Shown here: in pieces, positions 25,197 through 34,933 of the stretch
How positions within the stretch are numbered: the first letter of the stretch is position 1
How the letters are laid out: every line of letters begins with the position of its first letter
Source: Gemmatimonadota bacterium
Lineage (GTDB): Bacteria > Gemmatimonadota > Gemmatimonadetes > Palauibacterales > Palauibacteraceae
DNA: 64,000 bases
NCBI GenBank assembly: GCA_965116475.1
Contig: OZ220691.1
Span: 2,080,001-2,144,000 of the forward strand
Direction: 5' to 3'
The notes under the pieces: model-generated
The model's input: only the letters and a program-made list of their open reading frames with translations
What the model was told of the DNA's origin: nothing
The model's database searches: none
Translations under genes and position numbers: made by a program

Positions 25197-26836
25197 TGCG
25201 CCGGATCCCGGCCGCGTTGGTCATCGCCGCGTTCGGCGCATGCGGCGCGCCGCCCGGATCGACCGGAGATGCCGCCTCCGCCCGCGCGGGGGACACCGCC
25301 TTCGATCTGGTCATCGTCGGCGGCACCGTCGTCGACGGGACGGGGGCCGACCGCTTCACCGCCGACGTGGGCATCCGCGACGGCCGCGTGGTGGAGGTCG
25401 CACGCGACGGCGGGCTCTCGGGGCAGGGGGCCGAGGAGATCGACGCCGCCGGGCTCATCGTCTCCCCGGGGTTCGTCGACCACCACAACCACGTCCAGAA
25501 CCAGGTCCACCGGCGGCCGCTGGCCGAGAACTTCATCCGCCAGGGGATCACGACGATCCTCCCCTCCCTGCACAGCGGCGACCAGCCGTACCCCCTGCGC
25601 GACTACATCGACGACCTCGAGGTCGCGCCCAACATCGGCTTCTTCGCGGGCCACACCTGGACCCGCGAGCAGGTGCTCGGCATGGAGGACCGGGCGCCGA
25701 CGCCGGAGGAACTCGACGAGATGCGCGACCTCGTGCGCGAGGCGATGGAGGACGGCGCGCTCGGGCTCGCGACCGGACTCCTCTACGTCCCGGCGAACTA
25801 CGCCGAGACCGAGGAGGTCATCGAACTGGCGAAGGTCGCGGCCGAATACGGCGGCATCTACTACACGCACATGCGGGACGAGGCGCGCGGTCTCCTGCCG
25901 GCCGTGCGCGAGGCGATCCGCATCGGCGCCGAGGGCGGACTTCCCGTCCACATCAACCACTTCAAGGCGATGGGAGTGGACAACTGGGGCAAGACCGTCG
26001 AATCCCTCGCGCTCGTGGACTCCGCGCGCGCCGAGGGGATCGACGTCAAGGTCGACCTCTACCCGTACATGGCGGGCAGCACGGGCTCCAGCGTGCTCTT
26101 CCCGCAGTGGGTGCTGGCCGGCGGCATCGATTCCTTCCGGGTGCGGGTGACCGACCCCGAGACCAGGGCGCGGGTGGAGCGGGAGACGGAGGAGTGGATG
26201 AACCGGGACTGGACGGGCGGGGACCTGTCACGCATCCAGTTCCGGACGCTCCGCGCCTACCCGGCATACAACGGGAGGCGGATGTCGGACCTCGCCGCGG
26301 ACCGGGGGCTCCCGAACAACGACGCCACCGGCGTCCAACTCGCGATCGAACTCCAGTTGGCGGGCGGGTTCAGCGCCATCTACCACTTCATGGACGAGGC
26401 GGACGTCATCCGCATCATGCGGCACCCGCAGGCGATGTTCGAGACGGACGGGGATCCGGTCGGCTACGGGCTCGGCTTCCCGCATCCGCGGAGCTACGGC
26501 ACCTTCCCGCGCATCCTCGGCCGCTACGTGCGCGAGATGGGTGTGCTCACGCTGGAGGAGGCGATCCGGAAGATGACCTCGCTGTCGACGGATGAAATCG
26601 GCCAGTCCGAGCGTGGCCGGATCGCGCCCGGCATGTGGGCGGACATCGCCGTCTTCGACGCCGACCGCATCATCGACCGGGCCGACTACGTGGACCCGCA
26701 CCGCTACTCCGTCGGCATCCACCACGTGATCGTGAACGGCGTTCCCGTCATCCTCGATGGCTCGGTCACCGGGGCGAAGCCGGGCCACGTGCTGAAGGGC
26801 CCCGCCCGCCACCTCACCGAAACCCGCGGCGGCTAG
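25196..26836 (+). CDS. N-acyl-D-amino-acid deacylase (D-aminoacylase) lipoprotein
   Basis: GGTVVDGTG, PGFVDHHNH, HMRDE, HPRSYGTFPRILG, RGRIAPGMWADIAVFD. Confidence 0.9.
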   Translation: MRRIPAALVIAAFGACGAPPGSTGDAASARAGDTAFDLVIVGGTVVDGTGADRFTADVGIRDGRVVEVARDGGLSGQGAEEIDAAGLIVSPGFVDHHNHVQNQVHRRPLAENFIRQGITTILPSLHSGDQPYPLRDYIDDLEVAPNIGFFAGHTWTREQVLGMEDRAPTPEELDEMRDLVREAMEDGALGLATGLLYVPANYAETEEVIELAKVAAEYGGIYYTHMRDEARGLLPAVREAIRIGAEGGLPVHINHFKAMGVDNWGKTVESLALVDSARAEGIDVKVDLYPYMAGSTGSSVLFPQWVLAGGIDSFRVRVTDPETRARVERETEEWMNRDWTGGDLSRIQFRTLRAYPAYNGRRMSDLAADRGLPNNDATGVQLAIELQLAGGFSAIYHFMDEADVIRIMRHPQAMFETDGDPVGYGLGFPHPRSYGTFPRILGRYVREMGVLTLEEAIRKMTSLSTDEIGQSERGRIAPGMWADIAVFDADRIIDRADYVDPHRYSVGIHHVIVNGVPVILDGSVTGAKPGHVLKGPARHLTETRGG

Positions 26837-26854
26837 CGCGCCGGGAAGCGGCGG

Positions 26855-27370
26855 CTAGCCGGCGGGGTCGGCCTCCGGGTCGCCCGTCCTCTGGCCCAGC
26901 TCCGTCTCGAGCATGAGCAGGGCGGACTTGTCGTCGCCCCCGAGCCGCAGCCGGTCGACGATGTCGGAGATCGTCTTCTCCTCTTCCACCTGCTCGTTGA
27001 CGAACCACTGCAGCATGACCTGGGCCGGATAGTCCGCCTCGTCCATCGCGAGGCGGTAGAGGTCGCCGATCATCCCGGACACCTTCCGCTCGTGCCCGAG
27101 CGCCTCTTCGAACACCTCCCGCGGCGTGCCGAACTCCGCGGGCGGGGCCGCGATCGCCCCGAGGGAAACCTGTCCCTCGCGGTCGTGCACGAAGTCGAAG
27201 ATGCGGAGCGCGTGCTCCCGCTCCTCCTCGGCCTGGGCGCGCATCCAGTGCGCGAAGCCCGGCAGGCCCTCGCCCTCGAAGTGCGCGCACATCGACAGGT
27301 AAACCTGGCTCGCGTACAGCTCCTGCGTGATCTGCTCGTTGAGCGCCGCCTGCATCCGGGTGCCGATCAT
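26855..27370 (-). CDS. ftnA: Non-heme ferritin
   Basis: LNEQITQELYAS..YL, QAEEEREHA, EEALGHE, LQWFVNEQVEEE. Confidence 0.93.
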   Translation of the reverse strand: MIGTRMQAALNEQITQELYASQVYLSMCAHFEGEGLPGFAHWMRAQAEEEREHALRIFDFVHDREGQVSLGAIAAPPAEFGTPREVFEEALGHERKVSGMIGDLYRLAMDEADYPAQVMLQWFVNEQVEEEKTISDIVDRLRLGGDDKSALLMLETELGQRTGDPEADPAG

Positions 27371-27615
27371 CTCGTCCGCCCGCTCCTCTCGTCTCGTCGG
27401 GGTTCGCGCGCGGCGGCGGAGATATGCGCCTCGCCCGCGCCGGTCCGAATCTCGTTTCCCGCGTGCCGGACCGCCAGCGACCGACGCCGGTCCCGGGGTG
27501 GAGGCGCGACAGATTGCTCGGCATTCCGAGCAGAATGACGCAGGATGCTGAGTAAACGGAGGCGACGATGGCGTGAGTCGACTACGAACGGGTCACGGGC
27601 TCGTAGGCGTATCGT

Positions 27616-28713
27616 TCACCGCCCGCCCGCGACGGTCGAGATGTCGTACCAGTCCACGCGGCGTTCCTGTACTACGCCGCCGCCATCCCGTACAACGAGG
27701 ACCGCGAGCGTGTCCCCGAGGACGTCCATCCCCACGACCTTGTCCGCCACCTGAAGCGCCAGCGCGTACTGAGGCCCAGCGTCCGTGAGGCGAAACAAGT
27801 CAATGTGGCTGAGCGATGGAGTTACGTCGGCCCCTGCGTCCCAATGGGACACCGCCCAAAACCGCCGCTGGTCGTCCAGAACCTTCGGCCCGTACCACGC
27901 CTTCGGCCTGGACCGAATCTGCCCCTCATCAGGAGCCCAAGGCGCCGAGCGCAGCGTCCCGAGCGTTGACGCCACATCCTCCTCGGTCGGGTATCGCTCG
28001 ACATACGTGGGAGACCGCACGATCGCGGCGGGCTCCTCCGCGTCCCGGTCCGCGTACCAGACCAGGAACTCGCCGTGGCAGGTCACGAACAGGAGGTCGC
28101 CGCTTCCATCTCCGTAGCCGAGCAGCAGCCGGGTGATCCTCCACAAAGGTGTCGAGCAACTCGCCACGTCCGCTTCGTACGGGAACGCCCGCGCCCATTC
28201 CACGCGGCCCGTCGCCACATCGATCTCCGCCTGCACGGCTGGCCGGTCGCTGTTTGAGTCCGACCTCCGGTACCAACCGGACACGGTCCCGTCCATCAGC
28301 TGGCGGCTGCGAAGGAAAAACTGCCCCGGAAACTCTCCCGTGGAAGCGAGGAACTCTCCCGACGCGGAGAACATGGACAGGCGGTCAAATCTCGAATCGA
28401 ATACCCCGATCGTATCCGATGCACCGCGAAGCAGGTGGGTCGGGAACGCGAACTCGCCCGGTCCTTCGCCCTCGGAGCCGAACTCGATGGACTCGCCGCC
28501 GGGATCGATGCAGTTCACGCGATGCTGGTACGAATCGATGACGCATGCCGCGCCGCTGGCCAGGAGAGCGATCTCATTCGTTGCGCTGAGGGGTGACGGC
28601 TCGGAAGCGAGCAGATCGAACTGGACGGGCGACAATGCGACATCGGCCGGCCCGCCGCACGCCGCCGCGAGCAACGTAGTGACGAGCGCGGCCCGACGAC
28701 GAGGACAGAGCAC
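27616..28713 (-). CDS. 6-bladed beta-propeller (NHL/TolB-like) lipoprotein
   Basis: Lipobox LAAAC; FGSEGEGPGEFAFP motif; DDQRRFW. Confidence 0.75.
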   Translation of the reverse strand: MLCPRRRAALVTTLLAAACGGPADVALSPVQFDLLASEPSPLSATNEIALLASGAACVIDSYQHRVNCIDPGGESIEFGSEGEGPGEFAFPTHLLRGASDTIGVFDSRFDRLSMFSASGEFLASTGEFPGQFFLRSRQLMDGTVSGWYRRSDSNSDRPAVQAEIDVATGRVEWARAFPYEADVASCSTPLWRITRLLLGYGDGSGDLLFVTCHGEFLVWYADRDAEEPAAIVRSPTYVERYPTEEDVASTLGTLRSAPWAPDEGQIRSRPKAWYGPKVLDDQRRFWAVSHWDAGADVTPSLSHIDLFRLTDAGPQYALALQVADKVVGMDVLGDTLAVLVVRDGGGVVQERRVDWYDISTVAGGR

Positions 28714-28967
28714 TAATAAGGTCCCTCGCAGAAGTACATGCAGTCGTTGAAGTGCGTTTCTGCCGCAGCCGAGGCATCTGCTTCTGAACGGTCATTATCG
28801 AGCCAGTCATTGTAGGTCCGGGAAGCCGCGAGACTGCACGCGTTCCAACAGGAGTTCATGTTGATCGTGACGACCACCTCCTGAGCGGCCACGGGAACCG
28901 TGCACAGCACAACAGCGAGCAGGGCGACTCGACGGAACCGCGCGTGGAAGGGGTTGAAACGGGACAT
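28713..28967 (-). CDS. Small secreted 4-Cys protein (84 aa)
   Basis: GGGAGG RBS; signal peptide ending VAA-Q; mature part has CWNAC...CMYFC; TAGTG overlap with propeller gene. Confidence 0.7.
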   Translation of the reverse strand: MSRFNPFHARFRRVALLAVVLCTVPVAAQEVVVTINMNSCWNACSLAASRTYNDWLDNDRSEADASAAAETHFNDCMYFCEGPY

Positions 28968-29160
28968 TTGCGCCTCCCGGGTTTGAGGGGTTCTGGATAT
29001 GACCCCATATCCTGGACACCCCACCTTTGTGACGTCTGACCGTCGACTTCAGCTTGAAGCTCCCAATCGTTCGGCGGCAGCGGTGATCCATGCGCCCAAC
29101 ACGCCAACTCCAAGCGTAACGCTGTTAGTAAGTTAGGGGTTCCACGACAGGCCGATAGGG

Positions 29161-29215
29161 CCGAAATCGATGAGTTTCTTGCCGAAATCGATGAATCTTG
29201 TACCGAAATCGATGA
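29161..29215. repeat. 3 exact copies of CCGAAATCGATGA at 21-bp period
   Basis: Copies start at 29161, 29182 and 29203; the 8-bp spacers differ. Confidence 0.9.
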
Positions 29216-29458
29216 CACGAAGGAGTGACGTCATCCGGTGGCGAAGGATCACTGATCCGTCGGCGGCTGGGCACCCGGTGGCGAACCCCAATGAGGCCTC
29301 AAACGGCCCGTGCGCTCCGCCGCCCGGTGATCTGGAGAGATCGGCGGACCAGCCTCACGCTTTGCCACGGGCTGCCGGGCACGGCTATCGTTGCGGCTCG
29401 CATTCCGAAGCCAAAATTCCGCCGCCGCGCCCAGCGCGAGCAGCCGTCGAAGATATCC

Positions 29459-30835
29459 ATGACCGACAACACGAATACGGATTCCGCCGCCGATTCGGGG
29501 CATCCGGCCGGCCTGATGGACAAGCTCGTGTCCCTCGCCAAGCGGCGCGGGTTCATCTTCCAGTCCTCCGAGATCTACGGGGGGGTGGGGTCCGTCTACG
29601 ACTACGGGCCGCTCGGCATCGAACTCAAGAACCGCATCCAGGAGCTGTGGTGGCGCGAGATGGTGTTCCGCCACGCGAACATCGTGGGGCTGGATGCGGG
29701 GATCCTCATGAACCCCGAGGTGTGGGTCGCGAGCGGGCACGTGGGGGCGTTCACGGACCCGCTCGTCGAGTGCCGCAGCTGCCACCGCCGCTTCCGCGCG
29801 GACGACCTGCCGCGGCTGGAGGCGGGCAAGCCCGAAGCCCAGCAGTGCGGGGTGTGCGGCACCACCGGCGAATGGACGGACCCGCGCCAGTTCAACCTCA
29901 TGTTCAAGACGTTCATGGGAGTGGTGGAGGACGAGGCCTCGACCGTCTTCCTGCGGCCGGAGACGGCGCAGGGGATCTTCGTCAACTTCCGGAACGTGCA
30001 GGAATCCGTGCGCCAGAAGGTCCCGTTCGGGATTGCGCAGGTGGGGAAGGCGTTCCGGAACGAGATCACGCCGGGGAACTTCATCTTCCGCACGCGCGAG
30101 TTCGAGCAGATGGAGATGCAGTTCTTCGTCGCGCCGGGGACGGAAGACGAGTGGTTCGAGACGTGGAAGGAACGCCGCATGGGGTGGGTCGAGACGCTGG
30201 GGATCCGGCCGGAGCGGCTGCGCTTCCACCGGCACGGGCCGGACGAGCTCGCGCACTACTGCAAGGACGCGTCGGACATCCAGTACCGGTTTCCGTTCGG
30301 GTGGCAGGAGTTCGAGGGGATCCACAACCGGACGGACTACGACCTCGGGCGTCACCAGGAGCACTCGGGGAAGAAGCTGGAGTACTTCGACCAGCCCGCG
30401 AACCGGAAGTACGTGCCGTCCGTGATCGAGACCTCGGCGGGACTCAGCCGGACGCTGTTGGTCGTGCTGGCCGATGCCTATGGCGAAGAGGAAGTCGACG
30501 GCCAGCCGCGCGTCGTGCTGCGGCTCAAGCCGGCGCTGGCGCCCTTCCAGGCGGCGGTCTTCCCGCTCGTCAAGAAGGACGGAATGCCGGAGATCTCGGA
30601 GAAGCTGGCCGATGATCTGCGCGGGCCCTTCAACGTGCTCCACGACATCGCGGGATCGATCGGAAAGCGGTACCGGAGGCAGGACGAGGCGGGCACGCCG
30701 TTCTGTCTGACGATCGATGGGCAGACGCTGGAGGATGAGACGTGCACGGTGCGCGACCGGGATTCGCTCGAGCAGACGCGCGTGCCGCTGTCGGGCGTCG
30801 CGGCGTGGCTCGGCGCCGCGGTCGGCGGCGGCTGA
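29459..30835 (+). CDS. glyQS: Glycine--tRNA ligase (alpha2 type)
   Basis: KRRGFIFQSSEIYGG, YDYGPLG, LRPETAQGIF, FRTREFEQME, GSIGKRYRRQDE. Confidence 0.97.
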   Translation: MTDNTNTDSAADSGHPAGLMDKLVSLAKRRGFIFQSSEIYGGVGSVYDYGPLGIELKNRIQELWWREMVFRHANIVGLDAGILMNPEVWVASGHVGAFTDPLVECRSCHRRFRADDLPRLEAGKPEAQQCGVCGTTGEWTDPRQFNLMFKTFMGVVEDEASTVFLRPETAQGIFVNFRNVQESVRQKVPFGIAQVGKAFRNEITPGNFIFRTREFEQMEMQFFVAPGTEDEWFETWKERRMGWVETLGIRPERLRFHRHGPDELAHYCKDASDIQYRFPFGWQEFEGIHNRTDYDLGRHQEHSGKKLEYFDQPANRKYVPSVIETSAGLSRTLLVVLADAYGEEEVDGQPRVVLRLKPALAPFQAAVFPLVKKDGMPEISEKLADDLRGPFNVLHDIAGSIGKRYRRQDEAGTPFCLTIDGQTLEDETCTVRDRDSLEQTRVPLSGVAAWLGAAVGGG

Positions 30836-30848
30836 CCGGGCGGGCCGC

Positions 30849-32339
30849 GTGCCGTTTCGCGTCGCGGAGATCCGCGACCGGGCCCAACGCCTGCAGAGCG
30901 CCCTGGCGCGCGCCTCGTATCGGCTTCGCAGCGGACTGGACGAGCGGTCGTCGCTCGCGTCGCTCTACCGGCACCATCGGCTTCTCCTCAGCCCCGGCGT
31001 GCTCCGGGCCATCCAGCGCGACCTGTCCGAGGCGCAGGGAGATGAGCGCCGGCGCCTGAAGACGCTCTTCAACTGGGTCGCGGGCCAGCAGATCGAGGCC
31101 GAACTCGCCCCGCTGGATGACGAACTGCGGTCGTGGGAGACGGGGACGACCGTGGCCCTCGCCGAGACGGAGATCCCGCTGAGGCGCGTCCCGGACTGGA
31201 TCGTGCGCGCGGAGGACCGGGGCGAACGGCTGGGGTGGGAAGCGGCGCGCCACCGGCGGATCGAGGAGGCCGCGGCGCTCCGGCTCGACGTCGTGCACCG
31301 GGGGCGCGAGGCGGTGGTCCAACTCGGACTTGGGGGATACACGGAGGCGCAGGAGCGGCTGGCCGGTCTGGACCTGCAGCGCCTGGAGCGCGATGCGGCG
31401 GCGATTCTGGAGGGTACGGAAGCGCGCTACCGGCAGATGTTCGCGGCAGAGGCGGAGTCTCGCCTCGATCCGCGCGAGGGGCCGCCTTCGCGGGCCGACG
31501 CCCGGTGGCTGATGGGGATGCGCTGGCTGGGGCGCCACTTCGAGATCGAGCCGTTCGCCGCGCGTCTGCGCCGCGCCATGGAGGCGATGGGGCTGGGCCG
31601 GGTGTTCGACCGCTCCGTGCGCGTCGACATCGACCGGCGACGGCTCAAGGACGAACGATCGTTCACGGCGGTCATCGACGTCCCCGGTGACGTGCGGCTC
31701 GTCGTGTGTCCGCTCGGCGGCTGGATCGACGCGCGCCGCCTGCTCCACGAAACGGGACACGCGCTCCACTACACGCACGCATCGGCCGCGCTCTCGTGGG
31801 AGGAGCGGGTGCTGGGCGACGATTCGATCGGCGAGTCCTTCGGCCTGGTGTTCGACTCGCTGACGCTGGATCGCGTCTGGGTGGAATCCGCGACGGGACT
31901 CGAGGGCGCCGCGCTCGAGGACTACCGGCAACTCGCGGGTTTCCTGAGGCTCTACCGCCTGCGCCGGGATGCCGCGCGCCTCCTCTGGGAGCTGGAGCTG
32001 GCGCGGGCGGAGCGGCCGGGCGAGCAGGCCGGTCGATACGCCGAGCTGCTGAGCGAAGCGACCGGGTTCGCGCACCATGCGGGCACCTTCCTCACCGACC
32101 ATCGCCGGGCTTTCCAGGCCGCGCGGCGCCTGCGGGGCTGGATGCTCAGCTCCATCATCATCGATCGCCTGAACAAGCGCTTCGGGGCCGAATGGCACCG
32201 CAGCGCCGCGGCGGGCAAGTTCCTGCTTGAAGTCCTCTCGGCGGGCCGGCGCGAGGACGCCGCGCAGCTCGCGCCCCAGTTCGGCGTGGAAGGACTCACC
32301 CCCGAGATGCTCCTGCCGCGCGTCGAGCGCTGGCAGTGA
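30849..32339 (+). CDS. Peptidase M3/M32-like zincin-fold protein
   Basis: LLHETGHALHY HExxH motif plus downstream GESFG..F; GTG start inferred. Confidence 0.65.
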   Translation: MPFRVAEIRDRAQRLQSALARASYRLRSGLDERSSLASLYRHHRLLLSPGVLRAIQRDLSEAQGDERRRLKTLFNWVAGQQIEAELAPLDDELRSWETGTTVALAETEIPLRRVPDWIVRAEDRGERLGWEAARHRRIEEAAALRLDVVHRGREAVVQLGLGGYTEAQERLAGLDLQRLERDAAAILEGTEARYRQMFAAEAESRLDPREGPPSRADARWLMGMRWLGRHFEIEPFAARLRRAMEAMGLGRVFDRSVRVDIDRRRLKDERSFTAVIDVPGDVRLVVCPLGGWIDARRLLHETGHALHYTHASAALSWEERVLGDDSIGESFGLVFDSLTLDRVWVESATGLEGAALEDYRQLAGFLRLYRLRRDAARLLWELELARAERPGEQAGRYAELLSEATGFAHHAGTFLTDHRRAFQAARRLRGWMLSSIIIDRLNKRFGAEWHRSAAAGKFLLEVLSAGRREDAAQLAPQFGVEGLTPEMLLPRVERWQ

Positions 32340-32375
32340 GCGGACAGCAGTGAGCGGACGGCGGAGCGGACGGCG

Positions 32376-33422
32376 GTGAGCGGGCCGGGCTGGCCCGGCA
32401 GGTTCGCGCTGGGCGCGGCGGCCGGGGTTGCGGGCGTCGCGTGGTGGCTCGCCATGACGCGCCGCAACGAGGCGCTCGTGCGGCCCCCCGTCCGGGACGG
32501 CTCCGGCGAGGCGCTCCCCGGCGGTGTCATCGAGTACTCCGACGGCGAGACGGTCGAGTACGTCGACGCGGGGTCGGGAGCAGGGTCGGGAGCGGGGTCG
32601 GGGGATGCGCTCGTCTGGATCCCCGGCGCGGACGGGCCGAAGGAGACGTTCCGCTATCAGCTGCCGAACTTCGCCCGGCGCCATCGCGTCGTATGCGCGG
32701 ATCTGCGGCGCGAGTTTGCGGTGACGGACGACTTCGACCGCCTGGTCGACGACGTGGCCGAACTCGTCGATGCGCGCGACGTCGACCGCTTCGTGCTCAT
32801 CGGAACGAGCCTCGGGAGCGCGATCGCGATGCGCTTCGCGAGCCGGTTTCCGGAGCGCGTGCGGGGGATCGTGCTGTGCAACCCGCTGGCGCGCGTCTCC
32901 TACCGCCACGTCGGCTTCAACCGGGCCGCGCTCATCCCCCTCGCCATGGTGACGACCCGATATCTCCCGACGGAAATCTCCCGCGGCCTCGCCCGGGTCT
33001 GGAGCCGTCTCGGCGTGTGGATCTTCGACGACTCGCCGGGTCGGGACGCCCTGATCGAGTACGCGCTCTTCACCGGGCCGCGAACCGTCCGTCCTACGGT
33101 CTCCGACCGCCGCGTCTCCGGCCTGCGGCGGGTCGATCTGCGGACGGACCTGGCGGGCATCGCGGTGCCCGCGCTCGTGGTGAAGGGTCCGCACGACGAG
33201 TATTGTCCGGTGGACTGGGCGCGCGAAATTACCGAACTGCTCCCCGACGCCGAGTACGTCCCCATTCCCGGCACGGGGCACTGCTCGCACATCTCGCGCC
33301 CCGGCGCCTTCAATGGAACGCTGGCGGATTGGTTCCGGCGGCTCCGGGCGCGCGAGGAAGAGGAACGCGAAGAAGAGGAACGCGCGGAAGAGGAAGTGTC
33401 AGTCGAGAGAGGCGACGCATGA
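32376..33422 (+). CDS. Alpha/beta hydrolase with N-terminal membrane anchor
   Basis: GTSLGS nucleophile, GPHDEY, GHCSH. Confidence 0.85.
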   Translation: MSGPGWPGRFALGAAAGVAGVAWWLAMTRRNEALVRPPVRDGSGEALPGGVIEYSDGETVEYVDAGSGAGSGAGSGDALVWIPGADGPKETFRYQLPNFARRHRVVCADLRREFAVTDDFDRLVDDVAELVDARDVDRFVLIGTSLGSAIAMRFASRFPERVRGIVLCNPLARVSYRHVGFNRAALIPLAMVTTRYLPTEISRGLARVWSRLGVWIFDDSPGRDALIEYALFTGPRTVRPTVSDRRVSGLRRVDLRTDLAGIAVPALVVKGPHDEYCPVDWAREITELLPDAEYVPIPGTGHCSHISRPGAFNGTLADWFRRLRAREEEEREEEERAEEEVSVERGDA

Positions 33423-34906
33423 CGAATCCCGTCTTCAGTTCCCGGGCCGCGATGATGCTGGCCATGCTCGGGATGGCCGTCGGAACCGGCAACATCTGGC
33501 GCTTCCCGCGCATCGCGGCCTCCAACGGCGGCGGCTCCTTCCTCGTCGCCTGGGTCGTGTTCCTCCTCCTCTGGTCCGTGCCCCTGATCCTCGCCGAGTT
33601 CGCCACCGGCAAGGCGACGCGCTCGGGACCGGTTGGAGCGTTCACGAAGCTGGGAGGGAAGAAAACCGCCTGGATGGGCGCCTGGATCGCCTTCATCTCG
33701 ACCGCGATCATGTTCTACTACACGGTCGTGATGGGCTGGACGATCCGGTATCTCGTCGGGGCCGTGACCGGAACCGTGCCGACCGCCCCCTGCGAGGCCG
33801 GGGCTGCGGCGTGCGTCGGGCCGCAGGAGTACTGGGACAGCTTCATCGGCTCCCCGTGGCCCATCCTCACGCACGCGATCGCGATCGCCCTTGCCGTGAT
33901 GGTCGTGCTGCGCGGCGTGAAGGGAATCGAACGCGCCGCGCGCTTCCTCATCCCGAGCCTGCTGCTGCTCGTCCTGGCGCTGACGATCCGGGCGGTCACG
34001 CTCCCGGGAGCGAGCGCGGGCCTCGCGTTCCTCTTCACGCCGGACTGGGCGCAGTTGGGCGATCCCACGATCTGGCTCGAGGCCTTGACGCAGAACGCCT
34101 GGGACACCGGCGCGGGCTGGGGGCTGATCACCGCGTACGCCGTCTACATGAAGAAGCGCGAGGACACGACGCTGAACGCCTTCATGCTCGGGTTCGGGAA
34201 CAACTCCGTGTCGCTGCTGGCCGGGATCATGGTGCTGTGCACGGTGTTCGCGATCCTGCCCAACGCGGCCGACCAGATCGTGGGGGCGGGGAACGAGGGG
34301 CTGACCTTCATCTGGGTGCCGCAACTCTTCGGGCTCATGCCGGGCGGTTCGGTGTTCATGGTCCTCTTCTTCCTCGCGCTCGTGTTCGCGGCCTGGAGCA
34401 GCCTGATCGCGATGATCGAGATGCCCACCCGCGTCCTCGCCGATGCGGGGATCGCGCGCCGGAAGGCGGTGCTGACGATCGGCGGCCTCGGGTTCATCCT
34501 CGGACTGCCGTCGGCGATCTGGATCGAGGTGTTCCGCAACCAGGACTGGGTGTGGGGCGTCGGGCTGATGCTGAGCGGCCTCTTCTTCTCGATCATGATC
34601 ATGCGCCACGGCGTGGACCGCTTCCGCACGCGGCTCGTGAACAGCAGGGGCAGCGATCTCGTGGTCGGAAGGTGGTGGAACGTCGTGATTCGACTCGTGG
34701 CTCTGCAGGCGGTCGTGATCACGGTGTGGTGGCTGTGGCAGTCCGTTGACCTGAACGACCTCGCCGGATCGTTCACGCTGTTCTCCGAGTTCAACGTCGG
34801 CACGGTGCTCATCCAGTGGGCGATCGCCATCGCCGCCTTCCTGGGCCTCAACCGCTGGCTGGCCGCGAACGCCGCGGGCTCGGCGGCTTCGGCGGAAGAC
34901 GCCTGA
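33419..34906 (+). CDS. Sodium-dependent transporter (NSS/SNF family)
   Basis: GMAVGTGNIWRFP, GGGSFL, GIERAA, GLTFIWVP. Confidence 0.93.
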   Translation: MTNPVFSSRAAMMLAMLGMAVGTGNIWRFPRIAASNGGGSFLVAWVVFLLLWSVPLILAEFATGKATRSGPVGAFTKLGGKKTAWMGAWIAFISTAIMFYYTVVMGWTIRYLVGAVTGTVPTAPCEAGAAACVGPQEYWDSFIGSPWPILTHAIAIALAVMVVLRGVKGIERAARFLIPSLLLLVLALTIRAVTLPGASAGLAFLFTPDWAQLGDPTIWLEALTQNAWDTGAGWGLITAYAVYMKKREDTTLNAFMLGFGNNSVSLLAGIMVLCTVFAILPNAADQIVGAGNEGLTFIWVPQLFGLMPGGSVFMVLFFLALVFAAWSSLIAMIEMPTRVLADAGIARRKAVLTIGGLGFILGLPSAIWIEVFRNQDWVWGVGLMLSGLFFSIMIMRHGVDRFRTRLVNSRGSDLVVGRWWNVVIRLVALQAVVITVWWLWQSVDLNDLAGSFTLFSEFNVGTVLIQWAIAIAAFLGLNRWLAANAAGSAASAEDA

Positions 34907-34933
34907 CGGGGGCGGCGACCGTTCGATCGCGCT

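Noticed and set aside
29161..29215. Possible mini-CRISPR array (repeat/spacer pattern)
   Set aside because: 13-bp repeats with 8-bp spacers are far too short, and there are no cas genes
27545..29225. Mobile element/IS explaining the lower-GC islet
   Set aside because: No transposase, terminal inverted repeats or flanking direct repeats identified by eye
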